Position numbers and translations under genes: made by a program
Assembly: GCA_002686365.1 (NCBI GenBank)
Contig: NZBZ01000015.1
Span: 1-46,891, forward strand
Direction of reading: 5' to 3'
Length of the DNA stretch: 46,891 bases
Source: a bacterium
GTDB taxonomy: Bacteria; Patescibacteriota; Minisyncoccia; UBA6257; GWB1-50-10
In this document: piece by piece, positions 34,950 through 44,696 of the stretch
Numbering within the stretch: the stretch's first letter is position 1
How the letters are laid out: each line of letters starts with the position of its first letter
The notes under the pieces: generated by a model
Databases searched by the model: none
The model's input: the letters and a program-made list of their open reading frames with translations, nothing else
What the model was told of the DNA's origin: nothing

Positions 34950-36011
34950 ATGAAGAAATCGATTACAGCTATTTTCCTTATTCTGACTCTTTCTTTTGGA
35001 TTATTTCTTCCTCAGGAGAGCTCTGCTGCTTCAGGGCTTTTTAGCGGCAGTATTACTTCTTTTTTCCGGAATATGCAGACAAGAGTTCAGGGTTTTCATG
35101 TAAAAATCACTCGTTTTTTTGGTTCGCGCCGTGGAGATGAGAATATAATGCCTCCTTCTATTCGTCTTACTTCTCCTTCTTTTGGTGATGAGTGGATTAT
35201 TGGCTCGGATGGTGAGCTTCAATGGGAGTATTCGAATCTTCGTAAGGGCGTAACAAAAGTGAATCTTGTGCCAAAGGGCAGGGAGGGCGCTCTTCTTGTG
35301 GTTCTTCCTGCTCGTCGGAATACTGCGTCTTCTGATAATTATGAAGTTCCTGTTCGGTATGAGCCGGGAGTGTATCAGTTTCAGGTTTGCAATGATGATT
35401 TTTGTCAGATGAGCGAGGAGGTTTCGTTTGTATTTGTTCCTTCCAGTGAACAGGAGGCTCATGCCTTAGGACCTTCGGATGCTTCTATTACGCTTCAGCA
35501 GTGGGTCCTATACTCTTCTTCAGAATCGGCTTTGGCTGCTTCTTCTGCTTTTGGGATTTTAGAAGAGTATGGAGATGAGGTTCGGATGATTGTGAAGTTT
35601 CTTCCTTCTTCTCTTTTTTCTCCTTCAGATCTTCTTGCTGAGGCTGTGCTGTGTGCGTCGGATCAGGGAGAGGAGTATTTTTTGGAAACGCATAGACGGT
35701 CATCTCTAGGAGAGTGGTCTCTTAGTGATTTGCGTTCGTTCCTTTCTTCTTTTGATGAGTTTGAGCTTGAGCTTTTTGATACATGTATGGAGCGTGATGA
35801 GAAGCGAAATGTGCTGAAGGATTCTTATTCTGAGGCTGATCGAGAGGGCATTGAGGGAGTTTCTCTTGTTTTCTTGGGGGTAGAAGGGGAGAGGATGGTA
35901 TTTTCCAAAGATGAGCTTTCCCTCGGTGTCCATGAGATGGTTTCGTCGCTCCTTCTTTCTCTTGAATCTTCCGAGCCCGAGCCTGAAGAGGAAGAATCTC
36001 CATTAGAGTAG
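34950..36011 (+). CDS. Secreted protein: beta-rich domain plus degenerate DsbA-like thioredoxin domain
   Basis: Signal peptide; IRLTSPSFGDEW...LQW; GPSDASITL, AEAVLCASDQG, FDTCM, ADREGIEGV resemble DsbA-family spacing without CxxC. Confidence 0.65.
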   Translation: MKKSITAIFLILTLSFGLFLPQESSAASGLFSGSITSFFRNMQTRVQGFHVKITRFFGSRRGDENIMPPSIRLTSPSFGDEWIIGSDGELQWEYSNLRKGVTKVNLVPKGREGALLVVLPARRNTASSDNYEVPVRYEPGVYQFQVCNDDFCQMSEEVSFVFVPSSEQEAHALGPSDASITLQQWVLYSSSESALAASSAFGILEEYGDEVRMIVKFLPSSLFSPSDLLAEAVLCASDQGEEYFLETHRRSSLGEWSLSDLRSFLSSFDEFELELFDTCMERDEKRNVLKDSYSEADREGIEGVSLVFLGVEGERMVFSKDELSLGVHEMVSSLLLSLESSEPEPEEEESPLE

Positions 36012-36020
36012 AAAGCTTAT

Positions 36021-37292
36021 ATGAAAAAAGAGTTTCGAAGAGTACAACTTGAGAATGGGTTGAGGGTTATTCTTGTGCCGCAGAAGGGTAGTGTTGCTAC
36101 TACTGTTATGGTTTTTGTTGCTGCTGGCTCTAAGTATGAGACGAAGAAGATTAACGGCATTTCTCATTTTTTGGAGCATATGATGTTTAAGGGAACGGAT
36201 GAGCGTTTGACTGCGATGGATATTGCCAGTGAGCTTGATGGGTTGGGGGCGCAGTATAATGCGTTTACCGGGCAGGAAATGACAGCATATTATGCGAAGG
36301 TGAGAAATGAGTATTTTGAGCAAGCGCTTGATGTGGTTTCAGATATTTATCTTCATCCGCGATTTGAATCTTCTGAGATTGAGAAGGAGCGAGGTGTGAT
36401 TGTTCAGGAAATTAATATGTATGAGGACACGCCTCAGCGTAGAGTTCAGGAGCTTTTTATGGAGTGTGTATACGGAGATCAGCCGGCAGGATGGGATATC
36501 GCGGGCTCAAAGGAGGTTGTTCGTAGTCTTAAGAGAGAGGACTTTTTAAAGTATCGGGGAGAGCATTACGTACCGCAGTCAACTGTGGTGGTTGTTGCCG
36601 GAGGATTTCGTGAGAGTCAGGCGCTTTCTTTTATACGTCGGCAGTTTGGAGGATTTAAGCGGACCCGAAAGAGTTTGAAGCAGAAGGTGAAGGAGAAGCA
36701 GTCAAGGCCGCAAGAGCTTGTTCGATATAAGAAGTCTGATCAGACGCATCTTATTATGGGGTTTCGCGCGTTTCCTGTCTCTGACAAGCGTAGGTTTACT
36801 CTTTCCATTCTTACAGATATTTTAGGGGGTGGGATGAGTTCTCGGCTTTTTCATAGAATTCGGGAGGAGATGGGGGCTGCGTATTATGTGAATGCTTCAA
36901 ATGATTTATATTCTGACCATGGGCTTTTTACTATGTCTGCGGGAGTGGATCATAAAAAGATTAAGTCTGTGATTCGAGCTGCTTTAGAAGAGTTTGGCCG
37001 GATGAAGACGGATTCTGTTTCTTCTGCAGAGCTTCGTAAGGCAAAGGATCATGTGATTGGTACGTTTTCGCTGTCTCTCGAGACTTCTGATGAGTTGGGA
37101 TATTTTTATGCTATGCAGGAAGTTTTGGGCAGGTCTCTTCAGGCGCCGGAGCAGATTGTGCGTAAGATAGAGAAGGTTCGTGCGGAGGATGTTCGAAATC
37201 TTTCGCGTTCGCTATTTCGAGATGATCGGCTGAACCTTTCTCTTATTGGACCGTTTCGGGGCAGGAGTTTTCGAAAAGAGCTTCACGTATAG
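36021..37292 (+). CDS. M16 (pitrilysin-family) zinc peptidase
   Basis: GISHFLEHMMFKGT (HxxEH), NAFTG, ILGGGMSSRLF. Confidence 0.95.
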   Translation: MKKEFRRVQLENGLRVILVPQKGSVATTVMVFVAAGSKYETKKINGISHFLEHMMFKGTDERLTAMDIASELDGLGAQYNAFTGQEMTAYYAKVRNEYFEQALDVVSDIYLHPRFESSEIEKERGVIVQEINMYEDTPQRRVQELFMECVYGDQPAGWDIAGSKEVVRSLKREDFLKYRGEHYVPQSTVVVVAGGFRESQALSFIRRQFGGFKRTRKSLKQKVKEKQSRPQELVRYKKSDQTHLIMGFRAFPVSDKRRFTLSILTDILGGGMSSRLFHRIREEMGAAYYVNASNDLYSDHGLFTMSAGVDHKKIKSVIRAALEEFGRMKTDSVSSAELRKAKDHVIGTFSLSLETSDELGYFYAMQEVLGRSLQAPEQIVRKIEKVRAEDVRNLSRSLFRDDRLNLSLIGPFRGRSFRKELHV

Positions 37293-37306
37293 TGTGATGT
37301 AAAAAA

Positions 37307-38317
37307 ATGAATGAACAAATATTTACAATAAGCTGGCGGACTCTCTGGCGAATATTCTTATTCGGGCTTGTTATTTTTGCTCTTTTTGTTGCGCATGATG
37401 CGCTGGGCGTGCTTTTTATTTCTGTTGTTCTTTCTCTGGGCATTGACCCTCTGGTTAGTTTTTTGGAAAAGCGGCGCGTGCATCGTCTCTTGGGCACATT
37501 GCTTGTGTTTCTTGTCGGCGCCATTGCGGTTGGTGGAGTTTTGTATCTTGCAATTCCCGTTATTGTTACTGAAACTGTTGGGTTTTTAGGAGAGTTTAAT
37601 GAAACCCTTGAGAAGATTTTCGGAATTAGCCTTCCTTCTACAGTTATTAGGGATTTAAGTACGAATCTTAGCAGGGTTCTTGCGTTTCTTGGTGCGAGTA
37701 ATATCTCTGTAGGATTTGCGGTTTCTCGGGTTGTTTCTCAGATTGTACTTGTGCTTGCAACACTTGTCGTGTCTTTTTATCTTTCAGTTGAAAAGCATGG
37801 AACAGAGCGGCTTCTTCGGCTCATTCTTCCGAAATCGTATGAGGAGCCGGTGCTTCGTGTATTTACTAGATTTAAGACAAAGGTGGGTCGTTGGCTTGGC
37901 GCTCAGCTTGCTCTTAGTCTTTTGGTTGGAGTTGTGGTTGCTTTAGGGCTTACTTTTTTGGGAGTTCGGTATCCACTTGTACTTGGGCTTCTTGCAGCTC
38001 TTTTTGAGCTTGTTCCTATTATTGGTCCTATTCTTGCCGGGTTTGCAGCTGTTATTGTAGCGCTTTCCGACTCTTTTACGCTCGCAATGTATGTGCTTAT
38101 TTTCTTTTTGCTTGTGCAGCAGCTTGAGAATCATATTCTTATTCCTATGATTATGGGAAAGACTATGAAAGTTCATCCAATTATTGTCATTGTTTCGCTT
38201 TTGGCTGGTGGTCAGATTGCCGGATTTATTGGAATTCTTCTTGCTGTTCCTATTGCGGTTTTAGCGCAGGAAGTCTTTACCTATTTGGCTGAGCGGAAGC
38301 GGGGAGTGAGCGGCTGA
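37307..38317 (+). CDS. AI-2E family transporter
   Basis: ELVPIIGP, QQLENHILIPMIMGK..KVHP, GILLAVP. Confidence 0.92.
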   Translation: MNEQIFTISWRTLWRIFLFGLVIFALFVAHDALGVLFISVVLSLGIDPLVSFLEKRRVHRLLGTLLVFLVGAIAVGGVLYLAIPVIVTETVGFLGEFNETLEKIFGISLPSTVIRDLSTNLSRVLAFLGASNISVGFAVSRVVSQIVLVLATLVVSFYLSVEKHGTERLLRLILPKSYEEPVLRVFTRFKTKVGRWLGAQLALSLLVGVVVALGLTFLGVRYPLVLGLLAALFELVPIIGPILAGFAAVIVALSDSFTLAMYVLIFFLLVQQLENHILIPMIMGKTMKVHPIIVIVSLLAGGQIAGFIGILLAVPIAVLAQEVFTYLAERKRGVSG

Positions 38318-38328
38318 TTTTAGTATGT

Positions 38329-39159
38329 ATGCCTTATATTGACGCACACACGCATGTAAATTTTGCTGCGTTTTCAAAGGATTACAAAGAAGTTATTGAT
38401 CGTGCCTTGAAGCACGATGTTTTTTTAGTGAATGTTGGTACACAGCAGGATACGTCGAAGAGAGCAGTAGAGATTGCGGACGAGTATAAAGAGGGAGTGT
38501 ATGCTGTGGTGGGAATGCATCCAATTCATTCAGACTCGTCACATCATGATGCAGAGGAGCTGGGGGGAGACATTGGTTTTACCTCGCGAGGCGAAGAGTT
38601 TGATAAGGATTTTTATTTAGAATTTGCAAAGCATGATAAGGTAGTGGCAATTGGGGAGTGCGGGCTTGATTATTTTAGAATCAAGGGCGATGAACAGAAG
38701 GAGAGGCAGAAAAAAGTTTTTGTAGAGCATATTAAGTTGGCAAAAGAGGCGGGCAAGCCCTTAATGATTCACTGTAGAGAAGCATTTTCTGATCTGCTTG
38801 ATATTTTGGAGAGTCATAGGGGTATATTGAATAATCCTTCGGGTATTGCTCATTTTTTCTCTGGCACAAAGGAAGACGCAAAGAAGTTATTGGACTTGGG
38901 ATTTTATTTCACGTTTGGCGGAGTTATTACGTTTGTGCGCGATTATGATGAGGTTGTTCAGATGATTCCTGCAGATAGAATTTTGTCAGAGACTGATGCT
39001 CCGTATGTGTCTCCAGAGCCGTATCGAAAGGATAGGAACGAGCCAGTGTATGTTATAGAGGTTGTAAAAAAACTTGCAGAGATTCGAGGTGTTTCCGAGG
39101 AGGAGATGAAGGAGCAGATTTGGAATAATGCGAAGACTGTTTTTGGGATTGATAATTAG
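38329..39159 (+). CDS. tatD: TatD-family hydrolase
   Basis: IDAHTH, GMHP, AIGECGLDY, MIHCREA, SETDAPY, RNEP. Confidence 0.95.
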   Translation: MPYIDAHTHVNFAAFSKDYKEVIDRALKHDVFLVNVGTQQDTSKRAVEIADEYKEGVYAVVGMHPIHSDSSHHDAEELGGDIGFTSRGEEFDKDFYLEFAKHDKVVAIGECGLDYFRIKGDEQKERQKKVFVEHIKLAKEAGKPLMIHCREAFSDLLDILESHRGILNNPSGIAHFFSGTKEDAKKLLDLGFYFTFGGVITFVRDYDEVVQMIPADRILSETDAPYVSPEPYRKDRNEPVYVIEVVKKLAEIRGVSEEEMKEQIWNNAKTVFGIDN

Positions 39160-39177
39160 TGTGATATGCTTATTTAT

Positions 39178-39897
39178 ATGAATCAGAAGGGTTCTGTGAA
39201 TATTTTGGTAATTGTTATTGCCCTTGCGGTGGTTGGGGTTCTTGGGTATTTGGTTTTGACGAGAGAGGGTGAGGTTGTGGAGCAGGATTTGCAAGTTGTA
39301 GCTGATGAGACGGCGAATTGGAATGTGTATCATGGTGAGGAGCATGGTTTTGAGTTCCGTCACCCCGCTGTTTTTGAGGGGAACGTTGTAAGTGTGAAAT
39401 CAAGTTCCCAAGAGGATTCGACGGGGACAAGATGGTTTACTTTAATGGAGTCGCGTGTTTGGTCGGAGAAGGGCAGTGGTAGTTATATTACTGTTCCTGA
39501 AATACAACTTACTGTGCAACGATTATCGGATGCTTATTTATTTTATGGCGTTGACCTAGGGGGTCAGGGCGGTTATGAATATGACCCAGAAGAGAGTGTA
39601 TGGCGCGCTCGTGACAGTTGGGTCAAGCCCTCAGTGCGTACGTGGGAAGAGATGTTTCAGCTTTTTCTAGATCACGGAAGACGTGAAGTGAAGACAGCCT
39701 CGGGGCAGTCGGCTTTTTCTTACAGGTCTTGCGCTTATGAGAGTTGTTCGTCTGGATATACAATTTATGATTTTCAAAAAAGCCTTGTTTTCGGTTTTAT
39801 GTTTTCTTATGTTCCCCAAGATGGATTATCTGAGATGGGAGAGTATGACAAGAAGCTGCTGACTTTTTTGGAGAAGATCGTTCAGACTGTGCGTTAG
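39178..39897 (+). CDS. Membrane-anchored exported protein with prepilin-like leader
   Basis: MNQKG-SVNILVIVIAL leader; ETANWNVY...GFEFRHP motif (PsbP-like). Confidence 0.7.
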   Translation: MNQKGSVNILVIVIALAVVGVLGYLVLTREGEVVEQDLQVVADETANWNVYHGEEHGFEFRHPAVFEGNVVSVKSSSQEDSTGTRWFTLMESRVWSEKGSGSYITVPEIQLTVQRLSDAYLFYGVDLGGQGGYEYDPEESVWRARDSWVKPSVRTWEEMFQLFLDHGRREVKTASGQSAFSYRSCAYESCSSGYTIYDFQKSLVFGFMFSYVPQDGLSEMGEYDKKLLTFLEKIVQTVR

Positions 39898-40028
39898 GTT
39901 CTGTTGGAGGATTGGATTTTGGATTGGAGCCATAAGCAATTTCGGGATTTTAAAATACGGATAGACCACGTCTTGACTGTATTTTTTGTTGAGAAAATGG
40001 AGGTTTGGAGGTAGAATCAGAAATATTG

Positions 40029-42905
40029 ATGAAGTACGACTTTTCTAAAATTGAGAAGAAGTGGCAGAAGGCATGGAAAGAGGAGGGTGTTTATGAGCCC
40101 TTCGACTTCGCTCAGGGTAAACCTTCTCGGAAGAGGCGAGGAAAGCCTTTTTATAATCTGATGATGTTTCCATATCCGTCTGCAGAGGGGCTGCATGTAG
40201 GGAATATGTATGCTTTTACAGGTTCGGATATTTATGGGCGGTTTCAGCGTATGCAGGGATTGGATGTATTCCAGCCAATTGGTTTGGATGGGTTTGGTAT
40301 TCATTCGGAAAATTACGCGATTAAGAAAAAGACTCATCCAGCGAAACAGGCAAAGGTTTCAGAGAAGAATTTCTACAAACAGCTTGAGGCAGTTGGAAAT
40401 GGATTTGCATGGAAAGAGAAACTTGAGACTTATGATCCGGAATATTACAAGTGGACGCAAAGAATTGTAGCGCAGTTGTTTGACGCTGGTTTAGTTGAGC
40501 GGAAGAAGGCGCCAGTTAATTGGTGTTCTTCTTGTAAGACTGTGCTTGCGGATGAGCAGGTAATTGATAATCATTGCGAGCGATGCAGTACACAGATCGA
40601 GCGCAAGGAGCTTGAACAGTGGTTTTTTAAGATTACAAAGTATGCAGACAAGCTTTTGAATAACTTGGAAAAGATTGATTGGTCAGAGAGGGTGAAGATT
40701 GCGCAGAAGAATTGGATAGGCAGGTCAGAGGGAGCTTTGATAAAATTTTCAATTTCTAATTCTCAATTTTCAATTAAGGTGTTTACAACGAGGCCGGATA
40801 CGCTATATGGTGCGACGTATATGGTTTTGGCGCCGGAGCATGAGCTGGTTGGTAAGCTAAAGGATTCTATTAAGAATTGGAAAGAGGTTCAGAAGTATGT
40901 AAAGAAGGCAGGTACTAAGACAGAGCAGGATAGGATTGCAGAGGGTAAGTTAAAGACAGGCATTGAACTTAAGGGCGTGAAAGCGGTAAATCCTGCTAAT
41001 AGTGAGGAGGTTTCTGTTTGGATTGCAGATTATGCTTTGTCTTCGTACGGGACTGGGGCAATTATGGCAGTGCCTGCGCATGATGCGCGTGATTTTGAGT
41101 TTGCGAAGAAGTTTGATTTGCCGATTCGCTATGTTATTGCGCCTTTCTTTGGAAAGCCGCGTGCTAAAGCGGAGTTTCGTAAGACAATTTCTGCAATAGT
41201 GCGAAGGAAGCAGGATGGGAAGGTTCTTCTTTTGAAATGGAAGAAGCTTGACTGGATTGCACCGCCAGTTGGAGGCATTGATAAGGGGGAGTCAGCAGAA
41301 GAAGCTGCAGAACGAGAGGTGTTAGAAGAGACGGGATATCGCGCAAAGGCAGTTCGTTTGCTTGGAGGGCCGGTTGAGTCTCACTTTTTTGCAGAAAATA
41401 AGAATGTGTGGCGTCATCGTTTGGATCAGGCTGTACTTTTAGAGGCTGGCAGTGATAAGCGTACAGAAGTTTCAAAGGAGGAGCTTGAACGGCATGAGTC
41501 TGTGTGGCTTTCGCCTAAAGAGGCGCTTCAGAAAATAACTCATGAGGAGAATAAGGTTGCGTTTCAGTATCTTTTGAGCGGAAGTGAGGTGTTTATTGGC
41601 TCTGGAAAGATGGTGAATTCTGGAAAGTTTGACGGCATGGAGTCGGGCAAGGCGAAAAAGGAGATAACTAGTTTTGTGAAAGGAAAAATGCAGATACAGT
41701 ATAAGCTTCGGGATTGGCTTATTTCTCGGCAGAGGTACTGGGGTCCGCCAATTCCTTTAGTTTTTTGTGAAAAGTGCGCCCATAAAGGAAAAACAAAAGG
41801 TGAGAAAATGAATCCGGGATGGATGTCTGTGTCTCTAGAAGATTTACCAGTGAAGCTTCCTGCGCTTGAGGATTTTCAACCAAAAGGCCCTTCGACAAGC
41901 TCAGGACAAGTGAGGGGGCCGCTTGATAAGGTGGAGAAGTTTTGGAAAACAAAGTGTCCGAAATGCAATGGAGAGGCAAGGAGAGAGACAGATGTGTCAG
42001 ATACGTTTCTGGATTCTGCGTGGTATTACATTGGGTATTTGAATCTGAAGGAGCCATTTGACAAAGCTGGAGTTAAGAAGTGGCTGCCAGTGGATATGTA
42101 TATTGGCGGAGCAGAGCATTCTGTACTTCATCTTTTGTATTCGCGATTTTTAGCAATGGCTTTGAAAGATTTAGGCCTTCTTCATTATGATGAGCCGTTT
42201 GCTAAGTTTCGGGCGCACGGACTTTTGATTAAGGAGGGCGCGAAGATGTCAAAGTCCAAGGGCAATGTAGTAAATCCTGATGAGTATATTGATAAGTTCG
42301 GGGCAGATGCTTTGCGTATGTATTTGATGTTTCTTGCTCCATTTGAGCAAGGCGGAGATTTTCGAGATCAGGGAATTTTGGGCATTACGAGGTTTCTTGA
42401 AAGGGTGTGGAGGTTTTATAATTCGGATTGCGTAGATGGTAAGGATGCTGGTCAGGTTTTGCATCAGACTGTGAAGAAGGTTACGGATGATGTTCAGGGG
42501 TTGCAGTATAATACGGCAATATCACAGCTTATGATTTGTCTCAATGCGTTTGAGGAGAAGGGCTCAGTGTCAAAAAATAATTTAGAAGTATTTTTGAAAC
42601 TACTTGCGTTGTTTGCTCCGCATGTAACAGAGGAGTTGTGGCGAGAAGTGCTTGGAAATAAAAAATCTATTCATTTGTCAGAATGGCCTAAATTTGATTC
42701 GAAGAAGATTGAGGAAGATGTATTTCAGTTGGTGGTGCAAATAAATGGAAAGACGCGGGCTGCTATGGAAACAAAGAAGGGGATTACGCAGGCTAGTGCA
42801 AAGAAGGTTGCTTTGGGAGACGAGCGCGTTTTAAAGTATCTTGACGGCAAAAAAATAAAAAAGACGATCTTTGTGAAGGATCGACTGATTAACTTTGTGG
42901 TGTAG
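40029..42905 (+). CDS. leuS: Leucine--tRNA ligase with inserted NUDIX domain
   Basis: MFPYPSAEGLHVGN, FTTRPDT, GTGAIMAVPAHD, DWLISRQRYWG, GGAEHSVLHLLY, KMSKS; NUDIX box at about 41271-41339. Confidence 0.97.
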   Translation: MKYDFSKIEKKWQKAWKEEGVYEPFDFAQGKPSRKRRGKPFYNLMMFPYPSAEGLHVGNMYAFTGSDIYGRFQRMQGLDVFQPIGLDGFGIHSENYAIKKKTHPAKQAKVSEKNFYKQLEAVGNGFAWKEKLETYDPEYYKWTQRIVAQLFDAGLVERKKAPVNWCSSCKTVLADEQVIDNHCERCSTQIERKELEQWFFKITKYADKLLNNLEKIDWSERVKIAQKNWIGRSEGALIKFSISNSQFSIKVFTTRPDTLYGATYMVLAPEHELVGKLKDSIKNWKEVQKYVKKAGTKTEQDRIAEGKLKTGIELKGVKAVNPANSEEVSVWIADYALSSYGTGAIMAVPAHDARDFEFAKKFDLPIRYVIAPFFGKPRAKAEFRKTISAIVRRKQDGKVLLLKWKKLDWIAPPVGGIDKGESAEEAAEREVLEETGYRAKAVRLLGGPVESHFFAENKNVWRHRLDQAVLLEAGSDKRTEVSKEELERHESVWLSPKEALQKITHEENKVAFQYLLSGSEVFIGSGKMVNSGKFDGMESGKAKKEITSFVKGKMQIQYKLRDWLISRQRYWGPPIPLVFCEKCAHKGKTKGEKMNPGWMSVSLEDLPVKLPALEDFQPKGPSTSSGQVRGPLDKVEKFWKTKCPKCNGEARRETDVSDTFLDSAWYYIGYLNLKEPFDKAGVKKWLPVDMYIGGAEHSVLHLLYSRFLAMALKDLGLLHYDEPFAKFRAHGLLIKEGAKMSKSKGNVVNPDEYIDKFGADALRMYLMFLAPFEQGGDFRDQGILGITRFLERVWRFYNSDCVDGKDAGQVLHQTVKKVTDDVQGLQYNTAISQLMICLNAFEEKGSVSKNNLEVFLKLLALFAPHVTEELWREVLGNKKSIHLSEWPKFDSKKIEEDVFQLVVQINGKTRAAMETKKGITQASAKKVALGDERVLKYLDGKKIKKTIFVKDRLINFVV
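40098..40121. repeat. REP-like unit in frame within leuS (PFDFAQGK)
   Basis: cccttcgacttcgctcagggtaaa; reverse complement matches the 24928-24971 family. Confidence 0.85.
40744..40775. repeat. AATTTTC-type 7-mer array in frame within leuS (FSISNSQFSI)
   Basis: aattttc aatttct aattctc aattttc aatt. Confidence 0.85.
41888..41910. repeat. REP-like unit in frame within leuS (PSTSSGQ)
   Basis: cccttcgacaagctcaggacaag. Confidence 0.85.
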
Positions 42906-43655
42906 TTACTTTAACGTCTTCCAGAGATGGGCGAAGAGGGTCTTTTGGGTTTCAAAGAGGTTTTTGTCTTCAACGATGACTCCACGCGGGGAGTCGTTTT
43001 TATCTAAAGAGATCATGGCGATCTTGCCTTCATAGATAAAGGTGTAAGAGGGGAGTCCGCCTGTTTTTGTGAGCCAGCGGCGCTCGTCATTGCCTGCTTC
43101 TTTTCCTCCTGCGCCGATTGCAATAGCTTTGACAAAGATATTTCTTTTTATTCTTTCTTTTGTAAAGTCTGGAAATTTTTTATACAAATGCGGTCTAATG
43201 TCTGCAGAGGAGTATATTTCGTACTCCTTCTCTTTTGTTTCTTCTACAGTATCTAGGACGTCTTGAAGGATTGTTTTTATCCCATCGTGTCCTTCGTAGT
43301 ACTTCACCACAGGCCGCTCCTCGATTGCACTCCACAGAGACTTTAGTTCAGGGATAACTGCTTCTGCGTCTTTTGCTATTTCTTCAAGATTTTGTTTTCT
43401 TTTTTCTACTACGTTTTTCAGTACTTTTGGGTCTTCAGCGCTAAAGTATTGATGTTTCTCTTTGTGGTAGTAGGAAACAAGTCCATTTTTCTGCAGGGCT
43501 TTTAGGGCATCGTGTGTAGTGCCTCTGTTTATATCTGCTGCTTCTGCAATTTTTCGTACAGAAGATGGCCCTAAAGAGAGGAGGGTTAGATAGATACTTA
43601 TTTCTTTATCTGAAAGCTCAAGATCAGATAGTGTTTGTTTTATTGTGTTTGGCAT
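42906..43655 (-). CDS. TrmB-family transcriptional regulator
   Basis: LSDKEISIYLTLL..G...IAEAADINRGTTHDALKALQKNGLV HTH; PVVKYYEG; IYEGKIAMIS. Confidence 0.9.
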   Translation of the reverse strand: MPNTIKQTLSDLELSDKEISIYLTLLSLGPSSVRKIAEAADINRGTTHDALKALQKNGLVSYYHKEKHQYFSAEDPKVLKNVVEKRKQNLEEIAKDAEAVIPELKSLWSAIEERPVVKYYEGHDGIKTILQDVLDTVEETKEKEYEIYSSADIRPHLYKKFPDFTKERIKRNIFVKAIAIGAGGKEAGNDERRWLTKTGGLPSYTFIYEGKIAMISLDKNDSPRGVIVEDKNLFETQKTLFAHLWKTLK

Positions 43656-43796
43656 TTATTTTATTGTAGGTGGTTTTTTCTGGCCACGCTAGGGTTTTGT
43701 GTGACTTAGTTGACATAGGTAATGCTTTATTGTAGTGTAGGGTTGGCTGTTCGTCAAGTATTGTTCGACACTAGTTCATATTAGGAGGGTTGAAAG

Positions 43797-44696
43797 ATGA
43801 CCTTTCAGGGTCAGTGGTTTGCGCGGTCATAGCAGAACATATCTTCTTATGGTAAACCTAACGAGGATTTTCGTCTCTGTACTGATTCCGCGTGGGCGTT
43901 TATGGATGGAATTACTCGTCCTTCATATCCTGATTGGGGCGCCTGGATGGCAGCAAGGCTTGCTGCTCAGTCCGTTACTCACGGTTTCTCTATTCGGTGT
44001 GAGTCGTGGGAGGATGCAGAAGCTCGTGTGCGCTGTGCATTTGAGCATGCTAACAATTCTGTTAAGGTGCTCAATGAGCGTCGTGGCGCTTCCTCGCCGG
44101 ACTACTCTAGTGGGGAAGATTTTTGCGGCACAGTAGGATGTGTTTTATGGGTTCCTGCTGGCTGCGCTTTTGCTGTCTGCGGGTGGATTGGTGATTGTCT
44201 TGTATTCCATCTTCCGCATGACGGTGAGCCACAGCTTCTTACACGGAATCAGTTGGCGGAGTGGAATGCGGCGTATCATGACGTGTTCTTCGGCGGTGAG
44301 TCTATTGGGGAGGACTCGCTTGGCAGTGAAAATATGCGTCGGCTTGCGTGGCAGCGCGAGTATGTGCGCAACCGATGCGATGCTCATTTGCCGGATGGCA
44401 CTAGCATCGAGGGGTTTGGCGCGCTTACTGGTGAGCCAAATGCGTTGGACTTTGTAGAGGTTCAGTGCGTGCCGATTGCTCTTGGTGATCGGTTTGTGCT
44501 CGCGAGCGACGCCATCCGCGTCTTGGAAAACGATGGGGGGGAAGAGAGTCTTCTTTCGGTTCTAGCTGCGCTACGCGCGCTTTCGCGCAAAGAGATGGTG
44601 GATCAGTTGATTCATGCCATTCGTGAGGCTGATAAGGCTAAGGGTGTTCGGTTAGATGATGTCACTGTCGCTGTGGCAGACATGGAGGATGCGTAA
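43797..44696 (+). pseudogene. PP2C-like phosphatase interrupted by an in-frame TAG at codon 12
   Basis: AGGAGG then ATG 43797 in frame with the 43902 ORF; MTFQGQWFARS*QNISSYGKPNEDF...AFMDG; WIGDC, LASDA, DDVT. Confidence 0.7.

Noticed and set aside
10441-41580. aaRS insertions as inteins or introns
   Set aside because: No C/S...HN-C/S/T intein junctions or homing endonuclease motifs; the inserts carry recognisable enzyme or binding-domain signatures and keep the frame.
43830-43832. Genome-wide stop-codon reassignment (TAG or TGA)
   Set aside because: TAG ends argS, smpB, pnp and leuS, and TGA ends ileS and trpS, at the expected C-termini.
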